DNA from: Nitrosopumilaceae archaeon
GTDB lineage: Archaea; Thermoproteota; Nitrososphaeria; Nitrososphaerales; Nitrosopumilaceae
DNA: 64,000 nt
Assembly (NCBI GenBank): GCA_965203465.1
Contig: CBDBCR010000001.1
Location: 928,001 to 992,000 of the forward strand
Direction of reading: 5' to 3'
Under the pieces are notes generated by a model, which was given only the letters and a program-made list of their open reading frames with translations, was not told the origin of the DNA and made no database searches. Numbering within the stretch: the stretch's first letter is position 1; each line of letters opens with the position of its first letter. Of this stretch, positions 29,582 through 38,297 are shown in pieces. The position numbers were made by a program, and so were the translations under genes.

Positions 29582-29611
29582 GTTTATTATCAAAGCCGGC
29601 GCCCCGCGCGC

Positions 29612-30403
29612 GTGGATCTGATCAAAGAGGGCGACGACGTGCTGTTTTACTACAGCGGCACCAAAAAGTGGCTCGCGCGCGTGCGCCCCGGCGCGGAGCT
29701 GCACACGCACCTGGGGGTCATACCCCACGGCGGGGCGGTGGGGCGGCAGTACGGCGCGCGCCTGTACACCAACAAGAACAAGTACGTGTACCTTTTGCGG
29801 CCGAGCATACACGACTACATCATGAAGATGCAGCACGGCACCCAGATAGTGTACCCCAAGGAGCTGGGCTACATCGCCGCGCGCGCCGGCGTCTGCAACG
29901 GGCAGAAGATAGTCGAGATCGGCACGGGCAGCGGCTCGATGACCACGTTCCTGGCCTCGCTGGTAAAGCCGCGCGGGCGCGTGTACACGTTCGACGTGGA
30001 CGAAAAGTTCATGAAGATAGCCGCCAAGAACATAGAGCGGGCCGGCATGAGCAGGTACGTCACGCAGAAAAAGGCCGACCTCAAGGGCAGGGCGTCGGCG
30101 CCGGTGCGCGGGGCCGACGCGGTGATGATAGACTTGGGCGATCCGTGGGAGGTGCTCCCCTCGGCGCGCCGGATGCTCAAGGGGGGAGGCGCGCTGGTCT
30201 CGGTGTGCCCGACGATGAACCAGCTGGAAAAGCTCTCCGCGGCCCTGGTGCAGAACGAGTTTGCCGACATCGAGTGCAGCGAGACGCTCGTGCGCGCCAT
30301 AGAGGCGCGCGAGGGGCGCACGCGACACGCGTTCCAGGGCATAGGGCACACCACCTACCTGTGCTTCGCGCGCAAGGCGTTCTTTGACGAGGCCCGGTCC
30401 TGA
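29612..30403 (+). CDS. trmI: tRNA (adenine-N1)-methyltransferase TrmI
   Basis: TQIVYPKE, VEIGTGSGSMT, DLGDPW, GHTTYL. Confidence 0.93.
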   Translation: MDLIKEGDDVLFYYSGTKKWLARVRPGAELHTHLGVIPHGGAVGRQYGARLYTNKNKYVYLLRPSIHDYIMKMQHGTQIVYPKELGYIAARAGVCNGQKIVEIGTGSGSMTTFLASLVKPRGRVYTFDVDEKFMKIAAKNIERAGMSRYVTQKKADLKGRASAPVRGADAVMIDLGDPWEVLPSARRMLKGGGALVSVCPTMNQLEKLSAALVQNEFADIECSETLVRAIEAREGRTRHAFQGIGHTTYLCFARKAFFDEARS

Positions 30404-30483
30404 AAGGGTTAAATCGAACAGCGCCCGGGATCGCGCATGCACGGTTCTGTGCGCGGCGGCGCTGGGCGCGCAAGTGATCTAAA

Positions 30484-30798
30484 ATGAGCGCCCCCGACAG
30501 GGACGATGCGGGCGCGTACGCGGGATCGGGCACGAAAGGCTGGCTGCTGGATCCGCTTTTGTGCGCGCTCAGGCGGGGAGACCGCCCGGGAGAGACGTAC
30601 GTCGTGCTGGGGTTGCTGGATTTCGCGACGCTGGCACTCGGGCTGACATACTGCGCGCTCGCCCTCACGAAGACCGAACAGACGCCCGAGATCTACCTCC
30701 AGATCACGTGGTTCGGCACGATGGCGGTTGTGTGGCCTACCGCCGCGCTGAGGATACTCATGATGGCAGCGCGCAGGAAAGGGGGCGCGAAGAGATGA
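30484..30798 (+). CDS. Small two-TM membrane hypothetical protein
   Basis: Two hydrophobic segments; ATGA overlap with the next gene. Confidence 0.55.
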   Translation: MSAPDRDDAGAYAGSGTKGWLLDPLLCALRRGDRPGETYVVLGLLDFATLALGLTYCALALTKTEQTPEIYLQITWFGTMAVVWPTAALRILMMAARRKGGAKR

Positions 30799-31628
30799 GC
30801 CCGGCGCGGGGCGCGTACGGGCGCCGGGGCGATTCCCGCAAGGGCGACAACGGCAAGGTCTTGGTGGCGGGGGGCAGCTACTTGTACCACGGCGCGCCGG
30901 TACTCGCCGCCATGGCCGCGCAGCGCAGCGGGGCCGACCTGGTGTACGCGGCCGTCCCGTCGATGCACGCCGGGGCCGTGCGGGCCCTTTCGGCAGACCT
31001 CATCGTGCTGCCGATGCCGGACCCCAAACTGACGCGCGGCTCCGCGACGAAGCTGCTCGGCATGGCGCCTGCCGGCCTCGATTCCGCTGCGGTCGGCATG
31101 GGGATGGACGTGCGCGAACGCGGCGCGCTGGTCCGCCTCGTCAGGTCGCTGCTGGAGGCGGACGTGCGGCTGGTGCTAGACGCGGGCGCGCTGCTGCCCG
31201 AGGTGCTGCCCGAGCTTTCGCGCGGCGCCTCGGTGGTCACCCCGCACGCCGGCGAGTTTGAGAGGCTGTTCGGATCAAAAGTGCCCGACGACGAGCAGGG
31301 CCGCGCGGCAGCCGCCGAGGACGCGGCCAGAAAACACGGCACGACGGTGCTGCTAAAGGGCAAGCACGACGTGGCCACCGACGGCTCGAGGACGCGCATA
31401 TGCAGGCGCGGCTGCGCGGCCATGACGGCCGGCGGGACCGGCGACGTGCTCTGCGGGCTGGCGGCCGGGCTGCTCGCGCGCAGCCGCGACACACTCGAAG
31501 CCGCGTCGGACGCGGCCACGGTAAACGGGGCCGCCGGCGAGCTTGCCAGCTCGCAGCTGGGGGACTGCATCGTGGGCAGCGATCTGGTGGGGCGCATACC
31601 GGAGGCGATGGGGGAGCTTGGCAAGTAG
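30795..31628 (+). CDS. nnrD: ADP-dependent NAD(P)H-hydrate dehydratase
   Basis: SRKGDNGKVLVAGGS..YHGAP, VLDAGAL, TPHAGEF, LLKG, GGTGDVL. Confidence 0.93.
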   Translation: MSPARGAYGRRGDSRKGDNGKVLVAGGSYLYHGAPVLAAMAAQRSGADLVYAAVPSMHAGAVRALSADLIVLPMPDPKLTRGSATKLLGMAPAGLDSAAVGMGMDVRERGALVRLVRSLLEADVRLVLDAGALLPEVLPELSRGASVVTPHAGEFERLFGSKVPDDEQGRAAAAEDAARKHGTTVLLKGKHDVATDGSRTRICRRGCAAMTAGGTGDVLCGLAAGLLARSRDTLEAASDAATVNGAAGELASSQLGDCIVGSDLVGRIPEAMGELGK

Positions 31629-32940
31629 GATAGCCGAGAGCCTGCAGAGGCTCGTGCGGCAGCCGAGCGTCTCGGCGTGCGGCGAGGGCATCGAAGAGTG
31701 CGCCCTGCTCGTCTCCGGGATGCTCGAGGAGGCCGGCATAAGCTCCAAGATACTGCGTATCGGCGGGGCCGCCCCGATGGTCTTCGGAAGGGTAGAGTCG
31801 CGCTCCAACCCGCGCAAGACGCTGCTGCTGTACAACCACTACGACGTGCAGCCGGCCGAGCCGCTGGAGCTGTGGCGCGATCCGCCGTTCGCCGGCGTGA
31901 AGAGGGGCCGCAAGGTCTTCGGGCGCGGCTCGTCGGACGACAAGGGCGAGCTCGTCGCGCGCATAGAGGCGGTCCGGCGCCACCTCGAAGAGGAAGGCGA
32001 CATCCCCTGCAACGTCGTCTTCGCCGTGGAGGGCGAGGAGGAGATAGGCAGCCCCAACGTCGAGCGGTACCTGCGGAAATACCGCCGCCGGCTGGCCTGC
32101 GACGGCGTGATCTGGGAGTTCGGGTACGTCGACACGCGCGACCGGCCCATAATCGGGCTGGGCATGAAGGGGCTGCTGTTCGTGGAGCTGCGCGTGCGCG
32201 AGGCGGTCCGCGACGCGCATTCGGGCATGGCCGTGCTGATACGCAACCCCGCGTGGAGGCTCAACGAGGCGCTCTCCACTCTGCGCTCGCCGGACGGCAG
32301 GGTGAAGGTGCGCGGGTGGTACCGCGAGGTGCCGCCGCTCACGCGCGAGCAAAGGATGCTGGCCGCGCGCGAGCCGCTCGACCTCGCGGCGTTCCGCAAA
32401 GAGTACGGGATACGCAAACTGGTAGGCGGCATGGGGGCGCGGCGGGCGCGCGAGGCCATGGTGGCCGGCGCCACGTGCAACATCGCCGGCATGTGGTCCG
32501 GCTATACGGGCGAGGGCGCAAAGACGGTGCTGCCCGGCTCTGCGGCCGCAAAGCTGGACTTTAGGCTGGTGCCGGGCATGGATCCGGCAAGGCAGCTGGG
32601 GCGGCTGCGGGCGCACCTGCGCGCCGGCGGCTTCGGCGACGTCGAGGTGGTGCCCTTCCACTCGGTGGCACCGTCGCGCACCGACCCGTCCGATCCGCTC
32701 GTCTCGTGCGTAAAGCGCGCGGCCGACAGGCACTTCGGCGGCTCGGTGGTGAGCCTCTCTAGCACCGGCACCGGGCCGATGGACTCGTTCTCGCGCGTGC
32801 TAAAGGCCCCGTGCGTCTCGTTCGGCTGCACGCACGTCTTCGCCCGGATACATTCGCCCAACGAGTTTGCGCGCCTCGACCTGGTCGAAAAGGCGGCCCG
32901 CGCGCTGCGCGGGGCGATGTCCGAGTTTGCGCGCGCGTGA
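31618..32940 (+). CDS. M20/M25/M40-family metallopeptidase
   Basis: YNHYDVQP, GRGSSDDKG, EGEEEIGS, AHSG, IHSPNE. Confidence 0.93.
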   Translation: MASRIAESLQRLVRQPSVSACGEGIEECALLVSGMLEEAGISSKILRIGGAAPMVFGRVESRSNPRKTLLLYNHYDVQPAEPLELWRDPPFAGVKRGRKVFGRGSSDDKGELVARIEAVRRHLEEEGDIPCNVVFAVEGEEEIGSPNVERYLRKYRRRLACDGVIWEFGYVDTRDRPIIGLGMKGLLFVELRVREAVRDAHSGMAVLIRNPAWRLNEALSTLRSPDGRVKVRGWYREVPPLTREQRMLAAREPLDLAAFRKEYGIRKLVGGMGARRAREAMVAGATCNIAGMWSGYTGEGAKTVLPGSAAAKLDFRLVPGMDPARQLGRLRAHLRAGGFGDVEVVPFHSVAPSRTDPSDPLVSCVKRAADRHFGGSVVSLSSTGTGPMDSFSRVLKAPCVSFGCTHVFARIHSPNEFARLDLVEKAARALRGAMSEFARA

Positions 32941-33262
32941 TGCGCAGAAAACGAGAAAGCGGCGCTGATCGTGGACAATGGGAAGAGTCAAAAACCGCTT
33001 GGATGTGAACACCTGTCGCGGTGCTGCGCGCGCCGGTTTCCAGACCGAGCATCGCGGAAGCAGCGTGGACGCAACCTGCTAGACGTTCCAACAGGAACTT
33101 GCCAACGTCGGGAATCTGTGCCCGTGGCGCGCAGCATGCGAGAAACCTGCCGCATGTCATACCGTGTCGAACCCTGACTGGATCTGACCATGCACGGAAA
33201 ACCAGCACGCCCGGACGACGAACCGTGAGCGACGGGAAACTCAGACGGACTGGCGCTTATTT

Positions 33263-33556
33263 CTACATCTTCTCAACTTTTGTTCGAAGCGTGTCTATTT
33301 CGACGCCGTCTTGTTCCAGCATCTCGAACATTGGTGGCAATAGGGTCGTGTCGCGCTTTACCGAGGTGACGTTAGTCTGCACGTCTGACATGGCGTGCTC
33401 TAGACGTTTTGCTCTCTCGTCCAAACTTGACAACTTTGTCTCGATTCCGTCAAATCTTTGGTAGATGTACGTGTGGGCGCCGTTCAGGTTCTCAACAAGC
33501 GTCTCTACGAACGAGTTGAACTGCTCTACAGTTACCGGCGCATCGTTTGACGCCAT
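33263..33556 (-). CDS. Coiled-coil hypothetical protein in an AT-richer patch
   Basis: Heptad-like RFDGIETKLSSLDERAKRLE; TTAATATA and GGAGG upstream. Confidence 0.65.
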   Translation of the reverse strand: MASNDAPVTVEQFNSFVETLVENLNGAHTYIYQRFDGIETKLSSLDERAKRLEHAMSDVQTNVTSVKRDTTLLPPMFEMLEQDGVEIDTLRTKVEKM

Positions 33557-33715
33557 GCCGTAGCCTCCATGATGCGGTATATTAACATTCGAATCCCAAA
33601 CCGATCATGCGTTTAGGCGCTATGGGCATCCGGCAGTGAATGTGCGCCTAACAGGCGCCGCGCCCGGCTCGCGCCCCGCAAGCCCTTTTATTACGCCGGC
33701 GCGGGGCGCGATCCG

Positions 33716-34306
33716 ATGTCGATGTACATGCCAGGGGCCACGGCGGTCGGCATCGCGTACGAGGGCGGCGTGGTCCTTGCGAGCGACAACCGGATATCGT
33801 ACGGGCACTTCGTGGTCAGCAAAAAGGCGCAAAAGACCTTCAAGCTGACGCCGAGCGTGGGCGCCGCCTGCGCGGGGCTGGTGGCCGACATGCAGATACT
33901 CTCGCTCCAGATCACGGCGCTGGCCCGCATACGGCGCATGGAGCTAAAGAGGGACGTGCCCCCCAACACCGTGGCGAAAATGATGTCCAACATGATGTAC
34001 GAGCGCAGGTTCTTCCCGCTGCTCACCCAGGTGATCGTGGGCGGCGTGGTCGGCAAGCCGGCCATATACACGCTCGACCCGCTCGGCTCCGTGCTGCCCG
34101 ACGAGTACGCGGCGGTCGGCACCGGCGCCGAGATGGCGCTCGGGGTTCTGGATCCGGGCTTCAAGCAGGGCATGTCCGAAAAAGAGGCCGTCGAGCTGGC
34201 CACAAAGTCGCTGCGCGCCGCCTACCAGCGCGATTCTGCCAGCGGCGACGGCACCGACATGCTCGTAGTGGACGCCGACGGCGCGCGCGAGCTGGTCCGC
34301 TCTTAG
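33716..34306 (+). CDS. psmB: Proteasome beta subunit
   Basis: GATAVGI...VVLASD.R, AGLVADMQ, LDPLGS, GTG, RDSASGDG. Confidence 0.94.
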   Translation: MSMYMPGATAVGIAYEGGVVLASDNRISYGHFVVSKKAQKTFKLTPSVGAACAGLVADMQILSLQITALARIRRMELKRDVPPNTVAKMMSNMMYERRFFPLLTQVIVGGVVGKPAIYTLDPLGSVLPDEYAAVGTGAEMALGVLDPGFKQGMSEKEAVELATKSLRAAYQRDSASGDGTDMLVVDADGARELVRS

Positions 34307-34776
34307 ATCTTTAGCGCAGAGGCCGCGTCCCATATGCGGTCCGAGACGTAGTGTATGTTTTTGACGACCTCGCCCCTGCCGCTGGCCTCGGCGTCGGCAG
34401 AGGACAAGCTCGCGGTGCCGACCGCCAGGTGCTTGCCGTGGCGCTCCTCGCGCACGCACACCACCCCGCCCGCGTCGAACTCGCCCATCCGGGTGATGCC
34501 GGGCCGCATGACGTTGGCACCCTTGCAGACGAACTTGACGGCGCCCATGTCGACGGTCACGGAAGGGAACCTTGAGAGCAGATCCGCCTGCGTGAGGAGC
34601 GGCACGTACCGCCCCCCCGCCTGGGCTAGGGCCAGGCCGCCGCCGGCCATTATGCGCGCGCCCTCCAGCTCGTGGACCATCAGGTTCTTGACACGCGGCA
34701 CCTCGAACCCCCACGCCTCGCTCACCTCGCGCAGTATCTGGCCGGTCTGGCTCTTGGAGGCGGGGCTGGACTTCAC
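34303..34776 (-). CDS. PUA-domain RNA-binding protein (MCT-1/Tma20-like)
   Basis: VTVDMGAVKFVCKGANVMRPGI, KNIHYVSD.IW. Confidence 0.9.
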   Translation of the reverse strand: MKSSPASKSQTGQILREVSEAWGFEVPRVKNLMVHELEGARIMAGGGLALAQAGGRYVPLLTQADLLSRFPSVTVDMGAVKFVCKGANVMRPGITRMGEFDAGGVVCVREERHGKHLAVGTASLSSADAEASGRGEVVKNIHYVSDRIWDAASALKI

Positions 34777-35777
34777 GCCGGCACCGTCCTGCCGCGTATG
34801 TCCAGCAGGTCGCGCAGCACCGCGCTGGCCGTCTCGGTGCCGCCCGCGCCCCTGCCTATCACGGTCTGCGTGCCAGAGTGCTCGGACGTGAACGAGATGG
34901 CGTTGAGCGTGCCGTCGACGCAGAGCGGATCGTCGTTGGGCACCTCCCGGGGGCCCACCGAAAGATCCCCGTCGCAGGACGCGACCAGCTTTACCGAGCG
35001 CCCTTTTCCGGCCGCGGCCCTGATCCGGGCCGGGGTCATGCCGCGTATGCCATCCCTCTTTATGTCGCCGAGCACCACCTTCCTGCCCATTATCCAGTTG
35101 GCCAGTATCACCAGCTTTGCCGCCGCGTCGATGCCGTCGAGGTCGAGGGATTCGTCGGCCTCCACGTAGCCCAGCTTTCTTGCCTCTGCCAGGGCCGACT
35201 TGAACGTCATGCCTGACCCCATCCGCGTCAGTATGTAGTTGGTCGTGCCGTTGAGTATGCCCGAGAACGAGGTTATGTGCTCGCCGCGCAGGCTGTTCTT
35301 GGCGTAGTCCAGTATGGGGGTGCCGCCGCCGACGGTCCCGCTGAAGCGCAGCATCACGCGGTTGTAGCCGGCAAGCTCCGTGAGCGAGGGGAACGCCAGG
35401 GCCAGCGGCCCCTTGTTGGCCGTGACCACGTGCATGCCGCGCCTCATGGCCGCCATGATGTGCGACATGCCCGGCTCGGCGTCCCGGTAGTTGCTAGGCG
35501 TCGTCTCCACCAGGACGTCCGCGTCCAGGCTCTCTGCAAGCTCCAGGGCCGGGCGCCCGTCGGCGCCGGGGTACGCGGACACGCCCCCGCGCCTCTTTGC
35601 CTCCGCCAGGCGGGCCGGATCCAAGCCGCCGGGGTCGGAGGCCGAGCCGGTGCTGTCGGCCGCGCCGACTATCCTGACCTTTAGGCCGTAGCGCGAGTAC
35701 AGCTCGTCGCCGCGCGATTCGAGCAGCCCGGCCAGGCCCCTGCCGACGGCCCCAAAGCCGCACAGTATGGCCCTCAT
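34773..35777 (-). CDS. hom: Homoserine dehydrogenase
   Basis: [48 protein letters not shown]. Confidence 0.95.
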   Translation of the reverse strand: MRAILCGFGAVGRGLAGLLESRGDELYSRYGLKVRIVGAADSTGSASDPGGLDPARLAEAKRRGGVSAYPGADGRPALELAESLDADVLVETTPSNYRDAEPGMSHIMAAMRRGMHVVTANKGPLALAFPSLTELAGYNRVMLRFSGTVGGGTPILDYAKNSLRGEHITSFSGILNGTTNYILTRMGSGMTFKSALAEARKLGYVEADESLDLDGIDAAAKLVILANWIMGRKVVLGDIKRDGIRGMTPARIRAAAGKGRSVKLVASCDGDLSVGPREVPNDDPLCVDGTLNAISFTSEHSGTQTVIGRGAGGTETASAVLRDLLDIRGRTVPA

Positions 35778-36142
35778 GCCTTCTCCAGGGCCAGCGAGGC
35801 CGAATTTATGCAGTAGCGCAGGCCCGTGGGCCGGGGCCCGTCGCCGAAGACGTGGCCCAGGTGCGCCCCGCACGAGCAGAGCGCCTCGGTCCTGGCCATG
35901 CCCATGCTGAGGTCCTCCCTTGTTTTTACGGCGCCGCCGGCCCGCCAAAAGCTGGGCCACCCGGTGCCGGAATCGAACTTTGAGGACGAATCGAACAGCG
36001 CCGCGCCGCAGCAGGCGCACCTGTACGTGCCCTTTTCCTTGCAGCCCAAGTACGCGCCGGTGAACGGGGGCTCGGTGGCCCCGTTGACGCACACGTCGTA
36101 CTGCTCCGGCGAGAGCCTCGAGCGCAACTTTTCGTCGTCCAC
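35774..36142 (-). CDS. msrB: Peptide methionine-(R)-sulfoxide reductase
   Basis: [33 protein letters not shown]. Confidence 0.96.
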   Translation of the reverse strand: MDDEKLRSRLSPEQYDVCVNGATEPPFTGAYLGCKEKGTYRCACCGAALFDSSSKFDSGTGWPSFWRAGGAVKTREDLSMGMARTEALCSCGAHLGHVFGDGPRPTGLRYCINSASLALEKA

Positions 36143-36169
36143 TGCCCCGGCCCGCGCGGCTCGCTATAT

Positions 36170-37768
36170 TTACCTGCGCCGCTTTTTGTACTCTGCTCCT
36201 TTTTCGGATTCCAGCCTGCCGAGCTGGGCGCCGGCGCCGGCGAACCTGACTATCCTGGCCAGGGACGGGTTGACCCTGCGTATGTGGCCGTGCATCAGGG
36301 CCGCCGCGCGCCGGTAGTCCTCGTGGCCCTGCTGCGTGGTGCGTAGCTCTATGAGGTGGACCGCCTCGCGCAGGTTCATGCGGATCATGTACCGGTAGTT
36401 GAACGCGAAATTGACCACGTACTGCGCCTGCTCGGGCATGCGCTTCTCGAGCCTCTTGTGGACGGACCTGGTGTCCCTCATGCACTCGCGGAACCTCTTT
36501 TCGACGCCGGCCTCCCTTATGCCCGGCGGCACGTAGTAGCCCAGATCTGTGCCGAGCAGCTGCCTGTGCAGGGTGAGCAGGCGGTGGCGGTGCAGGTCGC
36601 GGAACGCGCCAAAGTTGGTCACCAAGTCGAACGCGTACCCGGCCGCCTCGAAGGCGCGCGGGGGCCGGTGGCGCCTGCTGCCGCGCAGGGCCGCCACGCC
36701 CGATATGAGGGCGGACTTTTGGCCCTGCGTCATGGCGCCGGCGCGCTTTTTGTTCTCGCGGTACGGCGCGCCCGAGTGCTCGTAGAGCAGGGCGGCCACG
36801 ACCGAATCGAGCGCCTCTTTTTCGGGCCGCCAGTCGGCCAGCCGAACCGATTCGCCTGCCCTGCCCGGCCCCGCGCCGCCGGCCCTCCTGTTGCACAGCT
36901 CGGAGGCGGCCGACATGTACTTTCTTACCGAGTCGCCGTGCGGGCCGTCCGACCTTTTTATGAACGGGCCGATGATGCCGTCCATCTCCTCGCGCAGTTG
37001 CCCGCCTACCCGCCGCTCCTCCTCCAGGCGGGATCCGAGCAGCACCGTGATGAGGTACTCGAAGGCGCGCCCGTTGCCGGTGATTCCGAGGTTGGTCAGC
37101 GCCGAGGCGGGCAGCAGGCCGCGCAGCAGGTCCAGCGCCCTGGCCGTCGAGGCTCTCTTGTAGGCGGATTCGGCCGCGCGCGCGTCGGCCTCGGAGAGCC
37201 TGCCGAACTTTTTGTCCCTGCCGGTCTCGGAGCTGCGAAACGACATCCGCTCTATGGGGCTGGAGCGCGTCACGTATTCGAGCACGGGTTGGAACAGCTC
37301 AGAGTACGTATCAAAGTCGGCGTTGCACGCGTCCTCGTACTCGGAGGCCAGGGCCGAGCCCTCGACGAGCGGATCCCTGTGGAACCTATACTTGCCTCCC
37401 TCCTTTTGATCCCAGCGCACGTAGCGCGTGGACTTTTCTAGGAACGACAGCCCTATGCGCCTGTCCTGCATCTTCTTGACCGCGATGTTGGATATCCCTT
37501 CCACGGCCACCTGAGCCTCGCCAAGCTCGGCCACCGAGTCGTCGCCGTACTCGCCGAGCACGCGCCCGTAGAACTTTGCCCCGCGCGAGGCGTCGCCGGC
37601 AAACTCGTCCAGGAAGACGCGGCGCATGCTCTTCGACGTCCGGCTGTACCGCGACATGAGGGCCCCGCGATCGGCCTGGCTTGGAGTCGTTATGACGAAG
37701 ACGGGACTGTCGTGGTTGCTGAAATGCCCCGCTAGGGCGCGCCGCTCGTTGCGGGTGAACTTTTCCAT
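36170..37768 (-). CDS. thyX: FAD-dependent thymidylate synthase (two-domain ThyX)
   Basis: SRYSR, YGDDSVAEL, EKSTRY, FRDLHRHR, NLRE..H.IELR. Confidence 0.9.
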   Translation of the reverse strand: MEKFTRNERRALAGHFSNHDSPVFVITTPSQADRGALMSRYSRTSKSMRRVFLDEFAGDASRGAKFYGRVLGEYGDDSVAELGEAQVAVEGISNIAVKKMQDRRIGLSFLEKSTRYVRWDQKEGGKYRFHRDPLVEGSALASEYEDACNADFDTYSELFQPVLEYVTRSSPIERMSFRSSETGRDKKFGRLSEADARAAESAYKRASTARALDLLRGLLPASALTNLGITGNGRAFEYLITVLLGSRLEEERRVGGQLREEMDGIIGPFIKRSDGPHGDSVRKYMSAASELCNRRAGGAGPGRAGESVRLADWRPEKEALDSVVAALLYEHSGAPYRENKKRAGAMTQGQKSALISGVAALRGSRRHRPPRAFEAAGYAFDLVTNFGAFRDLHRHRLLTLHRQLLGTDLGYYVPPGIREAGVEKRFRECMRDTRSVHKRLEKRMPEQAQYVVNFAFNYRYMIRMNLREAVHLIELRTTQQGHEDYRRAAALMHGHIRRVNPSLARIVRFAGAGAQLGRLESEKGAEYKKRRR

Positions 37769-37769
37769 G

Positions 37770-38099
37770 TCACTTCTTTATCTGGATCAGATCGGAGCTG
37801 CTGCGCGAGACGCCGGCCGACTGCCACTTTAGCAACACCTCCTTGAACGCCTCGGCCTGGGCCTTGTCTTCGGTGTACATGAGGGCAGTGATCCAGTAGC
37901 CCTCGCCGGCCCTGCCGCCAACCGAGTTCATCCAGAATTTGTCGGGCAGGGTGCTCATGGCCTTGTTGGACGGATCGCCGCACATAGACGACCAGCGCTC
38001 CGAGACGAAGCGGAGGACGGACTCCATCTGGCTGCGGCCGATCACGGTTCGGCCCCGGAGCACCGTGATTTTAACCTCGCGGCCGGAACATGCCGGCAA
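37770..38099 (-). CDS. Hypothetical protein (start uncertain)
   Basis: ORF ends immediately before the thyX start; no recognisable motif. Confidence 0.45.
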   Translation of the reverse strand: MPACSGREVKITVLRGRTVIGRSQMESVLRFVSERWSSMCGDPSNKAMSTLPDKFWMNSVGGRAGEGYWITALMYTEDKAQAEAFKEVLLKWQSAGVSRSSSDLIQIKK

Positions 38100-38297
38100 G
38101 GCTTCTTGAAGACAGGTCGGACGCTTGTGTTTATGTACGGTACGCCCATGTCACGAATATGCGAACTGGCCGATCACGGCCGTGCCTAGACGGTGGCGGT
38201 ACCCAAACACAGACCATTGAGCGCTTGGCAAATGTTATAATTGAGGTGTGTGGACGCGTGCGCACATGGCTACGCCCGTTTGCGTGAGGGGTTTGCA

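Noticed and set aside
33716-34306. Proteasome beta subunit with GATAVG in place of the usual GTTTVG
   Set aside because: Non-catalytic or variant second beta paralogues are known in archaea with two beta genes; not enough evidence of novelty.
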